The notes under the pieces are model-generated. The model was given only the letters and a program-made list of their open reading frames with translations. It had not been told where the DNA came from and did not search any database. Made by a program: the position numbers and the translations under genes. From the IMG/VR virus record IMGVR_UViG_3300033489_000026, positions 1 to 39,527 of that record: a DNA stretch of 39,527 bases, one strand, 5' to 3'. Below, piece by piece: positions 27,581-37,132 of the stretch. The first letter of the stretch is position 1. The number at the start of each line of letters is the position of its first letter. This stretch comes from a virus (Duplodnaviria; Caudoviricetes).

Positions 27581-28435
27581 CTATGCCGAAATTATAGGAT
27601 AATAAATACTGAATGGTTCAGTTGTTAAGTCTGCTGTTGTAAAGTTTCCGTAAAATGTCAACTTAAGAACTGACTCTTCATTGTCTGTAAATGCACATTC
27701 ATAATTTCCCTCTGCGATTGCATTATTGATTATGCATTCAATATAATTTGTCGGTGAAGACGTGCATTCACCAACTATTGCGATATTTGTCAAATAATCA
27801 GTAATAGCAACATCAAGAGCACGCACAATCATGTCATGGGTTTTACCCTCTGTTGCTGGATAGTCTGATTTGTTAGATCCAGGTAATGCATAGTTAATGA
27901 GATCCGCATTAATCTCTATAAAATTTGCAACTATTTTTGGTATTGATTTTGTTATGCGCATATCGCCAACAACCCTACCCTTGGAACCATCAACAATCAT
28001 TTCGCGCAATTCCTGCTCTTCTGTAAACGTACTACCACCACGCGTTGCCCCAAGCAGCGTTGAGTTCATTCCGTTATGGACAAGTGTTATTGTTGTGTCT
28101 GGTGTTGTCATTAAAATATTTACTATCTTTGTAGTACCAACAACAGTAACTACTGCACCAGTAGATGTAGCGTCGCAACCAGTAACAGTTGTCAATTTTG
28201 CTGCAAGATTTACCGCAGTATCTGTATCTGTCACACCTTTCAAAAATTCGAGCGCCGCTGGATCAGCAGCTACACACGTGTAGGTTATGCCATTAATAAC
28301 AACTGCATCTGTTGCTATAACAGATGCGAGTGTTACAGTCCATGTGCTGATGCCATAGTTTTTGTACACCGCTCCGCTGTCAATAATAAATTTTTTATAC
28401 GTGTTTGTAGTAATACCATGTTTCCGAGCCATCAA
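27581..28435 (-). CDS. major tail protein with inserted domain
   Basis: FIIDSGAVYKNYG...LLGATRGGSTF...DYLTNIAIVG...PFSIYYP. Confidence 0.85.
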   Translation of the reverse strand: MMARKHGITTNTYKKFIIDSGAVYKNYGISTWTVTLASVIATDAVVINGITYTCVAADPAALEFLKGVTDTDTAVNLAAKLTTVTGCDATSTGAVVTVVGTTKIVNILMTTPDTTITLVHNGMNSTLLGATRGGSTFTEEQELREMIVDGSKGRVVGDMRITKSIPKIVANFIEINADLINYALPGSNKSDYPATEGKTHDMIVRALDVAITDYLTNIAIVGECTSSPTNYIECIINNAIAEGNYECAFTDNEESVLKLTFYGNFTTADLTTEPFSIYYPIISA

Positions 28436-28446
28436 AATCTCCTTTG

Positions 28447-28785
28447 TTATATTTTAAAAACACCAACAGTTACCGAAGTTATTACAGAAAAAGTAATTGT
28501 TATAATACCAGACGAATCGTTAAATAACCAAGATTCAAATATTCCAATTTTACGACGATATCCTGCTGGTATCGTTACAACACAATTATGATCATATCCC
28601 TGGCTACAGTTTTGTTTTGCGTCAACAGTAACAATAGTATCAGCAATTCCGGAATTTATCACCTCTATATACGTATGCTCGTCGCCGACAAATGTGTCAG
28701 ATGCAGACGCAACTGCATATGTTGGTAGTAATCCAGTTTTTGATATTTGTTGTACAGTTAATAGGGCCATAATTAAATCCAGCAT
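28447..28785 (-). CDS. small virion structural protein
   Basis: Beta-rich 112-aa protein in the tail module. Confidence 0.65.
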   Translation of the reverse strand: MLDLIMALLTVQQISKTGLLPTYAVASASDTFVGDEHTYIEVINSGIADTIVTVDAKQNCSQGYDHNCVVTIPAGYRRKIGIFESWLFNDSSGIITITFSVITSVTVGVFKI

Positions 28786-28824
28786 TATGTAATAAAATAC
28801 ATTATCCCATGTAATTATGCAACA

Positions 28825-29238
28825 CTATAATTGCTGCATCCATTTTTTTCTACCTGCGCGTGCGTTAAATTGTAAATTATAATGGTACATGCGCGGATCT
28901 GGATCAGGTACAGTAGTTCCAGAAAAAAAGAATACCCGAATAGTATCGTATCTATCATGTTCAAGATGTGCTCTATCCAATAAAAATTCTATCCTTTCGA
29001 CTGCAATATTTGCATTAACATCCGATACACCATAGCTATAATAGTCAACCATCAAAACAAAACCGTCGAGGCACGCGTCGTCTGACTGTGTTCTGTGGAT
29101 ATAAAAAACTATACACGGAAACTGCGTTCCTTCCGGTGCCTGATTACTAAAAATTGTTGGCATGCTATTATATGTTGACAATTTTGATACCAACATATTA
29201 TCTGCACGCAATAATTTTACTATCGATGATTCAAACAT
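28825..29238 (-). CDS. tail terminator/completion protein
   Basis: QAPEGTQFPCIVF, ERIEFLL, HYNLQF; position before major tail. Confidence 0.75.
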   Translation of the reverse strand: MFESSIVKLLRADNMLVSKLSTYNSMPTIFSNQAPEGTQFPCIVFYIHRTQSDDACLDGFVLMVDYYSYGVSDVNANIAVERIEFLLDRAHLEHDRYDTIRVFFFSGTTVPDPDPRMYHYNLQFNARAGRKKWMQQL

Positions 29239-29240
29239 TT

Positions 29241-30269
29241 TTAAAATCCAAATCCAAAACCAAATCTAAATCGTTTGTCGCCACCTATTTTTGTTATAGG
29301 ATATTCCCCGCCGAAAAAAGTGTTTGGGGCCATTAGCATCGCATTGCGATTCTGCGCATATTGTAAAGTTTTTATATTGTTAGTCCTACCCAATTGCTCT
29401 ATAGTCCCGTTAAATGCTACAACATTAGACGATGCGTTACCGTAGTATGTTGTAGTTGCTCCAGCAACAGGAATTCCCTTTATCTGATTGGCAGTACCGC
29501 TCTGAGCACCATTAATATAAAAATTTATAACCCCAAGTGATGTACGAGTCACCATTATATGATATGTGACATTAAGCAGTATCGAATTTGCAGCAGATAC
29601 TGCATTAGTTACCGCAATGTCTGATGAGCAATATAATTTTGCCCCGGTAAGCATGACTTTTAGAATAAAATATCCATTATCAACAATACGACCACCTCCA
29701 TTATACCCATACCCAGATGGTCGTATAATGCAACTAATAGTAGTGTCTCCAATTCCAAATAAATCAGCGTTCGTTGTTACTGATTGAGCCCCGGAGGCAC
29801 CGGTTCCAGCGTATGCTTTGTAAACTACACCAGTATTGTTTATTGATCCAGGTGCGACAAGTGTTCCGTTAGTTCCTCCAAAATTAAAAATATCTATTCC
29901 TGATGATTCGCACAATGGACTGAAAGATGTAAATCCACTATTAGACGCAGCAAGTGTACTGTCAAGTACTGATATATTTTTCCCAAAATAAATTCTATAA
30001 ATTCTGCCGGCACTTAAAGCACCGTCCCAATATAATACACCTGATTTTCCAACAATATTTAATATCGAATATTTTGGTCGCGAGCCTCCTCCGCCAGTAT
30101 CCCAAACAGCAATATGATTACTATTAGTAATATTAGACCAAAATATATCCGATGTAATTAGAGACAATGGCAATGCAAACATATAATTAGTTGCCGTCTC
30201 GTAAACATATGACCCGTTTATTGTGATTGTTATATATCCAAATGCTCCCGGTATGAGTGAAGCCATCAA
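29241..30269 (-). CDS. LamG/concanavalin-A-like domain virion protein
   Basis: TISCII...GRIVD...LNVTYHIMVTR...FYINGA...FNGTIEQL; ends RFRFGFGFGF. Confidence 0.75.
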   Translation of the reverse strand: MMASLIPGAFGYITITINGSYVYETATNYMFALPLSLITSDIFWSNITNSNHIAVWDTGGGGSRPKYSILNIVGKSGVLYWDGALSAGRIYRIYFGKNISVLDSTLAASNSGFTSFSPLCESSGIDIFNFGGTNGTLVAPGSINNTGVVYKAYAGTGASGAQSVTTNADLFGIGDTTISCIIRPSGYGYNGGGRIVDNGYFILKVMLTGAKLYCSSDIAVTNAVSAANSILLNVTYHIMVTRTSLGVINFYINGAQSGTANQIKGIPVAGATTTYYGNASSNVVAFNGTIEQLGRTNNIKTLQYAQNRNAMLMAPNTFFGGEYPITKIGGDKRFRFGFGFGF

Positions 30270-30271
30270 TG

Positions 30272-30658
30272 TTAAGCCGATCCCAACTTATGTGCATAGC
30301 ACCAAATAACTTTTCTTGACTCAACTACAATATTGGCATCGTCTGCCAAATTTATCGTCGGGCTGTCGATAATATTATGAGTCATTCTCGGATGTATCTG
30401 CATATTTACAGCCATACTCGCCCATTCGTCCAATTGTGCCTGTGTAACCGGATGGTTTGTAAACACTGGATGCGCGGGAGTCAATTGTTCTCCAGCAACA
30501 TCGCCACCGAGTTTTCCTATAGCTGCCGCTATACGCTCAATATTTGTTGCTGGATCTGTTAATGGTCTGCCAGCTATTACATTTGCTTTTTCTTGTAAAG
30601 TAAGAACAGCCATATTGGTACGATCTCCCTTTGGTATTGTTATTCTTATTTTGTCCAT
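30272..30658 (-). CDS. hypothetical protein
   Basis: 128-aa ORF in the neck module. Confidence 0.6.
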   Translation of the reverse strand: MDKIRITIPKGDRTNMAVLTLQEKANVIAGRPLTDPATNIERIAAAIGKLGGDVAGEQLTPAHPVFTNHPVTQAQLDEWASMAVNMQIHPRMTHNIIDSPTINLADDANIVVESRKVIWCYAHKLGSA

Positions 30659-31020
30659 GATTCAGACATTATTTTTTTAACAGCATCGGCCTGCTCTTCA
30701 AAAGTCGGGTATACTATTGGATGTGCAGGCACAAATTTTCTATCTTTACCATTCTCTTTTTTTCCAGCGAAATGACCAAATTCAATTAAATAATTATGGA
30801 ACCCTGGCGCTTTTATTCCAACAAATGATTTATTTTTACCATTTATCATATACACACCTCTCGCAAGATTCCCTGTAACTTTCATGGCAAGCGCTTTTTC
30901 TTTTATTTTTTCCTTAATTAATTTTGCAGACTTTGTTCTTTGTTTTTTTTCACCAGCGACTATTTCTTTTTCAATCTTTCTTAATAGCGAACCATCGTAT
31001 TTAAACCAATTTTGTTTCAT
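30646..31020 (-). CDS. HK97 gp10-like neck protein
   Basis: TGNLARG, HNYLIEFGH, VPAHPIVYPTFE. Confidence 0.8.
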   Translation of the reverse strand: MKQNWFKYDGSLLRKIEKEIVAGEKKQRTKSAKLIKEKIKEKALAMKVTGNLARGVYMINGKNKSFVGIKAPGFHNYLIEFGHFAGKKENGKDRKFVPAHPIVYPTFEEQADAVKKIMSESWTK

Positions 31021-31364
31021 TCTCTTTTTTCCTTACACACAACTGATTTTATAATACCAGCCTCGTCGATATTTTGCACAGATAAAATCTCAAAAATTCT
31101 ACAATTAAATAAAATCCTATTTTGTTCAGTAATTTCTGTTTCAGCTCGTACATCGATTGTCATATTACACTCAACATTTATTGTACGATACTGTGCTATT
31201 TGCTCTGCTGTTAATGATCTAATTTTGCAAAATACCAAATTAACATCATGCCACGATACTAAAAAACCTCCTTCACCATCGTCGATACAAGTTTTTGCCT
31301 GAATCCAGCATTGAGAATTTAGTTCTGTAGCAAAACTCTTTTTTTTCCTAAAATACGGATTCAT
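31017..31364 (-). CDS. head closure (stopper) protein
   Basis: DDGEGGF..SW, RILFNCRIFEILSV.NIDE, CKE. Confidence 0.88.
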   Translation of the reverse strand: MNPYFRKKKSFATELNSQCWIQAKTCIDDGEGGFLVSWHDVNLVFCKIRSLTAEQIAQYRTINVECNMTIDVRAETEITEQNRILFNCRIFEILSVQNIDEAGIIKSVVCKEKRE

Positions 31365-31933
31365 CTTACATACAACCGTTTCCTAAAAAGTAAATTCATG
31401 AATCCTGCACACATCCCAGACTCGTCGGCACGATTCTCATTACGATGAGTGCAATAAAGTAGAATTGCGTCACGTATGTCGGCCGGTATCGATTCTGTAG
31501 TATTGCCATATCCGCATATATAATTTATTACTATAGACCGTGTGCTTCGAAGAGTTGTTGTAGGCCATGATTTACAATATCCCAAATCAATACGAGCAGG
31601 TATCGAGTGGGTGTCGATGTCAAAATCTGTAAGTAAAAGAGACGATTCAGTACCTAATGTGTCGTATGTTTTTATGCTCGAAACAATTTGAACAGGAGAG
31701 CGCGGTAATGGTATAGGCATATACGGATAGTCCTCTACACCAATGTCATACGACACCTCCCACGTCTGAGTTATCAACGATTGTCCCATAATATTTTCCG
31801 CCTGTTCACGCGCAGAACGTATCCATAGAGCAAGTATAGCATCCTCTATATCATATTTGATACGAGAATGCTTTTTTACATAATCAAGAGTAACCGGCTC
31901 TATTACAGGTGGTGTTACAATCCGGATATTCAT
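31361..31933 (-). CDS. head-tail connector/adaptor (phiE125 gp8-like)
   Basis: TPPVIEPVTLDYVK.HSR, LITQTW, LPRSPV, GYG...IPADIRDAILL...ENR. Confidence 0.9.
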   Translation of the reverse strand: MNIRIVTPPVIEPVTLDYVKKHSRIKYDIEDAILALWIRSAREQAENIMGQSLITQTWEVSYDIGVEDYPYMPIPLPRSPVQIVSSIKTYDTLGTESSLLLTDFDIDTHSIPARIDLGYCKSWPTTTLRSTRSIVINYICGYGNTTESIPADIRDAILLYCTHRNENRADESGMCAGFMNLLFRKRLYVR

Positions 31934-32253
31934 TTTCCCTCAACAAATTTTTCGTACAAAGAAATGTGCTGCTCACTGAGTTTATTTTTTTCATTTAGTG
32001 ATTTCAAAGCATCAACTATTATTGATCTACCAACATCTCCTATTTCAATTTCAATATCGTTCTCTGCGTCTTTTTTCCAATGAACATTACCACTTTCTTG
32101 ATCAAGATGTATTTCAAGTTTTCTGTGTTCAATCTCCGAAAAACCTATTAACATTTTCAATTCACGTACTATTCTGAGAGTAATAATATTACTCTCAGAC
32201 GGAAATATATTTAGCAATATCAATCGATCAAATACAGATAAGGTATATTTCAT
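31930..32253 (-). CDS. hypothetical protein
   Basis: GAGG RBS before MKYTLSVFDRLILL; ends LYEKFVE. Confidence 0.7.
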   Translation of the reverse strand: MKYTLSVFDRLILLNIFPSESNIITLRIVRELKMLIGFSEIEHRKLEIHLDQESGNVHWKKDAENDIEIEIGDVGRSIIVDALKSLNEKNKLSEQHISLYEKFVEGK

Positions 32254-32261
32254 TTCGCGCC

Positions 32262-32969
32262 TCATGCTATTGTTTTTGCAGCAACCAAATAATGCGTTTC
32301 CCCTTCGAGTACTATTTTTATTTTTTTCCAATCAGTAAAGTTTAGTGTTCCACCACCGGCATTATTTGTCCCAACCATTCCTGACGCGGTATTGATATTA
32401 AATAAATTTGTAATTTTATTACCTGCGTAACAATATATCGCTTGATCAAATGTGGTTGACCCGTTATTGCTAATGTATAAAAACTCAGACGATCCGGCTG
32501 AAATTGTTTTTGTAAGATGCGAATCCAGCCACGCCATAGCGAGATGAGACAGCGCTGTGTATGTACCGCCATCCTCAACCAGTCCGTAAAGTGCTGCCAT
32601 CATAATACCGCTACCATTAATAGTTCCATTATTTGCAACTTGTCCATAAACACCAACAAGAGAACCTGCCGTCATTGATTTGCTGGTATCGAGCCTACAG
32701 ACTCCCTGCAATGCACGACAACCACCACCCGTAACAGTACCTGATGTAGGTGCCCAATCCAATGTACTATCAACTGCAAAATGCTCCGCCGTAGCAGAAG
32801 ACGGTTTTGCCCTAACCTCAATTGTTGATCCTGTTATTCCAGGTCTGTTATGGAATTTACATTGCAAAGGGTAATCTGTTTTTCCGAATTGCATCAAAGA
32901 ATTAGGTACGTTCGAAAAAAATCTTAAATTACCGCTCGGCAATTCAGTTTTTATATTCATAATAGGCAT
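32262..32969 (-). CDS. virion protein, possible head fibre
   Basis: G/T/S-rich beta protein after the capsid genes. Confidence 0.65.
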   Translation of the reverse strand: MPIMNIKTELPSGNLRFFSNVPNSLMQFGKTDYPLQCKFHNRPGITGSTIEVRAKPSSATAEHFAVDSTLDWAPTSGTVTGGGCRALQGVCRLDTSKSMTAGSLVGVYGQVANNGTINGSGIMMAALYGLVEDGGTYTALSHLAMAWLDSHLTKTISAGSSEFLYISNNGSTTFDQAIYCYAGNKITNLFNINTASGMVGTNNAGGGTLNFTDWKKIKIVLEGETHYLVAAKTIA

Positions 32970-32984
32970 AAATACACCTTCCTT

Positions 32985-33656
32985 TTAGTCAATAATAGGT
33001 GACTTTTGAGGTTCTTCTTTGTATTTTGGATCTAAGATATAACTCACAACAGCCAAAGACGTTCCACCAACTGCCGAGATATCAGCCATTATGCAATCAA
33101 AACCATTGGCAACATCGAGCGTTTCTGGTAAAACATCAATACAATATGTCTCATTGGGTATTGTAAGTGCGATCGTGTTTGCAGCAGCCGCCATTGCTAC
33201 GCGGCATTTCATTCCGTATTCTGTTACAGCACTCGTCAACACACCAGTAGCAGCAGACGTTGTGCCTGTTATAGTTTCTCCGCTCTGAAATGTACCAGAG
33301 ATGCTATAGATCACAAGGCCGGTGCTAAATTTTTGGTGGATCTTGGCAGTTGCTGCGGATGTAGTACCTGTAATCACCTCGCCTACCTGTAAAGCGCCAG
33401 CCGTAACAGTGTACGCAAGTTTTCCTCCAGTACGCCATACATGGTCAAAATTGAGCGCCTTCACGCCTGTACCAGCAACAGCGGTTGCCTGTCGCAATTG
33501 TATGGTAACACTCGTCGTTATTGCTCCAAGCGCAATCAAAATACCAATTTTCTTTTGATTTTTTAGAGAAATATATCTACCAGATACTGCCCCAGCGCAA
33601 GACTGAGGCGCAACAGAATTGATGTATACATTTTTGTCAAATATCCCACATGCCAT
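32985..33656 (-). CDS. putative capsid decoration protein with inserted repeat domain
   Basis: Follows MCP; LRQAT.VAGTG.KAL and LDVANGFDCI flank two GE(V/T)ITGTTSAAT repeats. Confidence 0.65.
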   Translation of the reverse strand: MACGIFDKNVYINSVAPQSCAGAVSGRYISLKNQKKIGILIALGAITTSVTIQLRQATAVAGTGVKALNFDHVWRTGGKLAYTVTAGALQVGEVITGTTSAATAKIHQKFSTGLVIYSISGTFQSGETITGTTSAATGVLTSAVTEYGMKCRVAMAAAANTIALTIPNETYCIDVLPETLDVANGFDCIMADISAVGGTSLAVVSYILDPKYKEEPQKSPIID

Positions 33657-33675
33657 AAAAAATCCTTTCTTTAAT

Positions 33676-34953
33676 TTATGCTCTGGTAGCCAGAGTTATA
33701 GTTGTCGAACGTTCCTTTGTACTGTTTTTAATTTTTAAAGATTTCGATCGTTTAGGCATCCCGTTTGCGCGAAAAATAAATCTAAAACAGTTTTCCGCTG
33801 TTAGGAATTGGACATGAATAGATGTCTCTTTGTCAACCCCGCCCTTGTATGCCATCATGTATTGAGATAGATCTGTATATATAATATCACCTACTGTACC
33901 AGCGGCTGAACACATATCCGAATCAATAATCTGCTTACTCTTCATGCTATCAACAGACCCAGCGATAGCAGCAGGTAGATAAACAGGCACACCACCGGTT
34001 CCGATCGGGAAATTCAAAAAATCGAATTGCTCACTCAGGTCAGGATGTGTTATCCATACATACCCAGGTGCTGATTTATTCAGAGCTCTATGATACATTT
34101 TTGAGATATTATCCCAAACAACTGTGCCCGCTGCCTGCCCCGATTCTTTCGCGACCGAAATAAGTGAAAGAGAATTTATTAATCCCAAAGGTTGACCAAC
34201 ACCAGTTCCTGCTATAATACATTTTTCAAGTTCACGTGAAATCGCGGCATTAAATGCTCTTGTGTAAAGTTGGTCAGTAAAAGCAGAATCTGCCTGGAGT
34301 TCGTATGTAGTATACGCCAACCCCATTAACTTTTGAAGGACAAGTTCTTTTTCTGCCAGTTTTGGTTTTGTAGCAGTCACAGTAGTTGCCTCTGCCGCCC
34401 AGTAAACTTTTACTCCACCAAAACAAGAATCCTCTATACTCTCCTCGTCGATATCAATCCATTTAACAGAATTAGATGATCCCGAAACTGGATATTTATC
34501 AGTTTTTGCAATAATTGGTGATTCATTGACAGCAGTCTCCATCATTAGGCCAGCAAAATCTGTTTGCACAGGAAAGCCACCATCAGAACCAACAGACTCG
34601 TTTCCACCCATAGCGTTATTAACTTTTATCAACCGTTCATCAACTACGCCGTTTGTTGCAAAATTTTTAACAGCAACAAGTTGAGACGAAAAATGTTTGA
34701 ATGGTTTTTCGTCTCTTGTAATTGAAACATTTTTAATATTTGCCAACGGATTTTTTACGTCTTCCCCGTTTTGGTACGCCTGATTCTGTGCATGCTCGAT
34801 CTCTGCCATTTTGATACATTCATCATGTTCAGCCTGCCATGCATTAAATTGAGTTTTTTCCTCTGCGGTAAAAATTCTGCCTTCATTTTTTGCTTTAGCC
34901 AAAAGTTCTTTTTGTTTTGTGATAAGAGCTTTTGCCATCAAGAGATAATTCAT
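33676..34953 (-). CDS. major capsid protein (HK97 fold)
   Basis: Coiled-coil delta domain, SDGGFPVQTDF, W.AE, GTGVGQPLGL, FRFIFRANG. Confidence 0.95.
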   Translation of the reverse strand: MNYLLMAKALITKQKELLAKAKNEGRIFTAEEKTQFNAWQAEHDECIKMAEIEHAQNQAYQNGEDVKNPLANIKNVSITRDEKPFKHFSSQLVAVKNFATNGVVDERLIKVNNAMGGNESVGSDGGFPVQTDFAGLMMETAVNESPIIAKTDKYPVSGSSNSVKWIDIDEESIEDSCFGGVKVYWAAEATTVTATKPKLAEKELVLQKLMGLAYTTYELQADSAFTDQLYTRAFNAAISRELEKCIIAGTGVGQPLGLINSLSLISVAKESGQAAGTVVWDNISKMYHRALNKSAPGYVWITHPDLSEQFDFLNFPIGTGGVPVYLPAAIAGSVDSMKSKQIIDSDMCSAAGTVGDIIYTDLSQYMMAYKGGVDKETSIHVQFLTAENCFRFIFRANGMPKRSKSLKIKNSTKERSTTITLATRA

Positions 34954-35657
34954 ACAACCCCCATAATATTGTTAAGGATTTCGTTGTTTATTATAATAGT
35001 TTCATGTTCTGAATAATCGACCTTTTTTAGGTCTGGGAATTTCTTAAAATCATTCGGATTAAATTTCACATTGTTTAAAATATATTGTGCGCCGTCCCAG
35101 AGCGCATTTATTTTTTTTCCACCAACAATTCTGTCTGCAAATTTATTTTCAACAGCAGATTTTGCGTCAAACAAAGTTTCAACATCCATCATTTCTAAAA
35201 CTTTTTTCTTGTCGATACCGGTTCGCTCGACATATATGTCTCCTATACTATTATCCAAAAGATCGAGTGTGTCAGCCGCAGATCTCATGTCTCTTGATGT
35301 ACCACCAACAACAGACGTAGCATTATGTATCATTATAAATGAGCCAGCAGACATCCCAATTTCGGCTCCTGCCATAGCAACAATAGACGCTGAGGACGCG
35401 GCTATACCATCGACTGTGGTAATTATTTTCCCTGGCAATCGTTTTAGTAAATTATAAATCGATACACCACTAAAAACATTGCCCCCAGGGGAATTTATGT
35501 ATAAATTTATAACACTTTTGGTCTTTAGTGTTTTTATTCTTTTTATTATATCTGATGGAGTTGTTTCGTCATCGCTCCATTTTTCATCAGTCAAAACTCC
35601 ATATATATAAATATCAGACTCAGTATCTGATTTGTTTTTTACCTCAAAATTATACAT
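34950..35657 (-). CDS. ClpP-type (S14) prohead protease
   Basis: INSPGGNVF, DGIAASSASIVAMAG, IMIHNA, FAD. Confidence 0.95.
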   Translation of the reverse strand: MYNFEVKNKSDTESDIYIYGVLTDEKWSDDETTPSDIIKRIKTLKTKSVINLYINSPGGNVFSGVSIYNLLKRLPGKIITTVDGIAASSASIVAMAGAEIGMSAGSFIMIHNATSVVGGTSRDMRSAADTLDLLDNSIGDIYVERTGIDKKKVLEMMDVETLFDAKSAVENKFADRIVGGKKINALWDGAQYILNNVKFNPNDFKKFPDLKKVDYSEHETIIINNEILNNIMGVV

Positions 35658-36932
35658 TTATTCCCCTTTTGCTGCTATTTCTATTAGTTTTGACATATTT
35701 TCTGTATCTTTTTTAATATTTTCGCCCATTATTTTTGATTGTTTACCAGCCTCAACCATATTCATAGGCTCTAAATATATATTACCGTTTGGTATTTTAT
35801 TTAAATTTAATAATCTGAGAATATCATTAACACACAACCATCCCCATTGGCGACCTATCGCAAATGCCTCTGCCATAGATTTCTGGTCTCCGCGCAGCAA
35901 CCCAGACAAGTTGCACTCAAAATAATATCCTAATTTTCGGAAGGACGGCAGTAGGAGTTGAGAATTTATAGCAGACTCGAATCGTTTACAATTGGGAAGC
36001 ATGGTATACATTACGTATTCTATACCTTGATGCTCTATATTATTGTTTGTGCTGCGTCTAAGATCATAAACCATGTGTGGTGGCACTCTCATTGCCCGGC
36101 AGGTTTCCTCAACCTGAAACGATCTACACTCAAGCAATTGTGCGTCAACAGGTTTTATTGAGTGCCCGGTAAATTTAGTGCCCCCCTCAAGAAGCATCGG
36201 CCTGCCTGCATTTTTTAGATTTTGCCAATTTTCCTTTATCTCTTCTTTGAGTCTTTTATAACTATTATCATCCATAACGCCTGGTGCCTCAAAAACGCCT
36301 GAAGGTAGAGCACCATTTTGATAAAAATTTGTTGAATATTTTTCATACGTCAATCCAAGTCGTATGCATTCTGACAAAAAAGATACTGGCGACATCCCAA
36401 CAACACCGTTAAAAGTTGGTCCAGGAACATGAAATATTTCGCTTCGCTTTAATGGGTAATCAATATTTCCATTAATTATATATATTGGCATGCTAGTAGT
36501 TTTGTCAAAATCAATATATATATTTTTCCAGTCTATTATTTGTAGTCCAGTAATAAGTCCTGTTTTTTTCTGAACACGCCTACAAATAAAATTCCCAGAA
36601 ATATTTATATGGTACTGAGAAGCCTCCTTAAAAGAATTTGAATCCATTATTGCGTTAGGTGAAGTTTGGAAAATATCATACATACCAGTGTCGTCGGTCT
36701 GTTCGCGGTCGCCGTTAGGATTTTTTTTATACTCCATTATTGGCACAGATGCAAATGATTCGGCCAATATTCTGCAGCATGACCAAAATGCATTATATTT
36801 AAGTGCATTTTCGTTCGAAACAATTATTTGTGACGCAGAAGGCGCTCCGCCACCACCTGACAACCATTCCTGTACAAAAGATGGTCGACTGTTTTGTATT
36901 TTAAGCGCAAGTTTGTTGGTAAAAAAACCCAT
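35658..36932 (-). CDS. portal protein, HK97 family
   Basis: EIFHVPG, GMSP, FYQNGALPSG, LLEGG, DAQLLE, RVPPHMV, NNIEHQ, LLRGD. Confidence 0.96.
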   Translation of the reverse strand: MGFFTNKLALKIQNSRPSFVQEWLSGGGGAPSASQIIVSNENALKYNAFWSCCRILAESFASVPIMEYKKNPNGDREQTDDTGMYDIFQTSPNAIMDSNSFKEASQYHINISGNFICRRVQKKTGLITGLQIIDWKNIYIDFDKTTSMPIYIINGNIDYPLKRSEIFHVPGPTFNGVVGMSPVSFLSECIRLGLTYEKYSTNFYQNGALPSGVFEAPGVMDDNSYKRLKEEIKENWQNLKNAGRPMLLEGGTKFTGHSIKPVDAQLLECRSFQVEETCRAMRVPPHMVYDLRRSTNNNIEHQGIEYVMYTMLPNCKRFESAINSQLLLPSFRKLGYYFECNLSGLLRGDQKSMAEAFAIGRQWGWLCVNDILRLLNLNKIPNGNIYLEPMNMVEAGKQSKIMGENIKKDTENMSKLIEIAAKGE

Positions 36933-37132
36933 TATTTTCCACCCTTAATCGGTATCAAAAACCACATAACAAATATCCCACAAACAATAAACGCACAAGG
37001 CTCATATATGCACCACAAACCATAAAAAACAGATGAAAACGCCAATAAAAATATACATTCAGACATTAGACTTGGTACAGTTTTTTTAAAAAATAACCAA
37101 ATACTGAATAAAAGTAAAAATATTTTTTTCAT
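36932..37132 (-). CDS. small hydrophobic protein between terminase and portal
   Basis: YGLWCIYEP.AFIVCG; a position common in HK97-like phages. Confidence 0.7.
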   Translation of the reverse strand: MKKIFLLLFSIWLFFKKTVPSLMSECIFLLAFSSVFYGLWCIYEPCAFIVCGIFVMWFLIPIKGGK

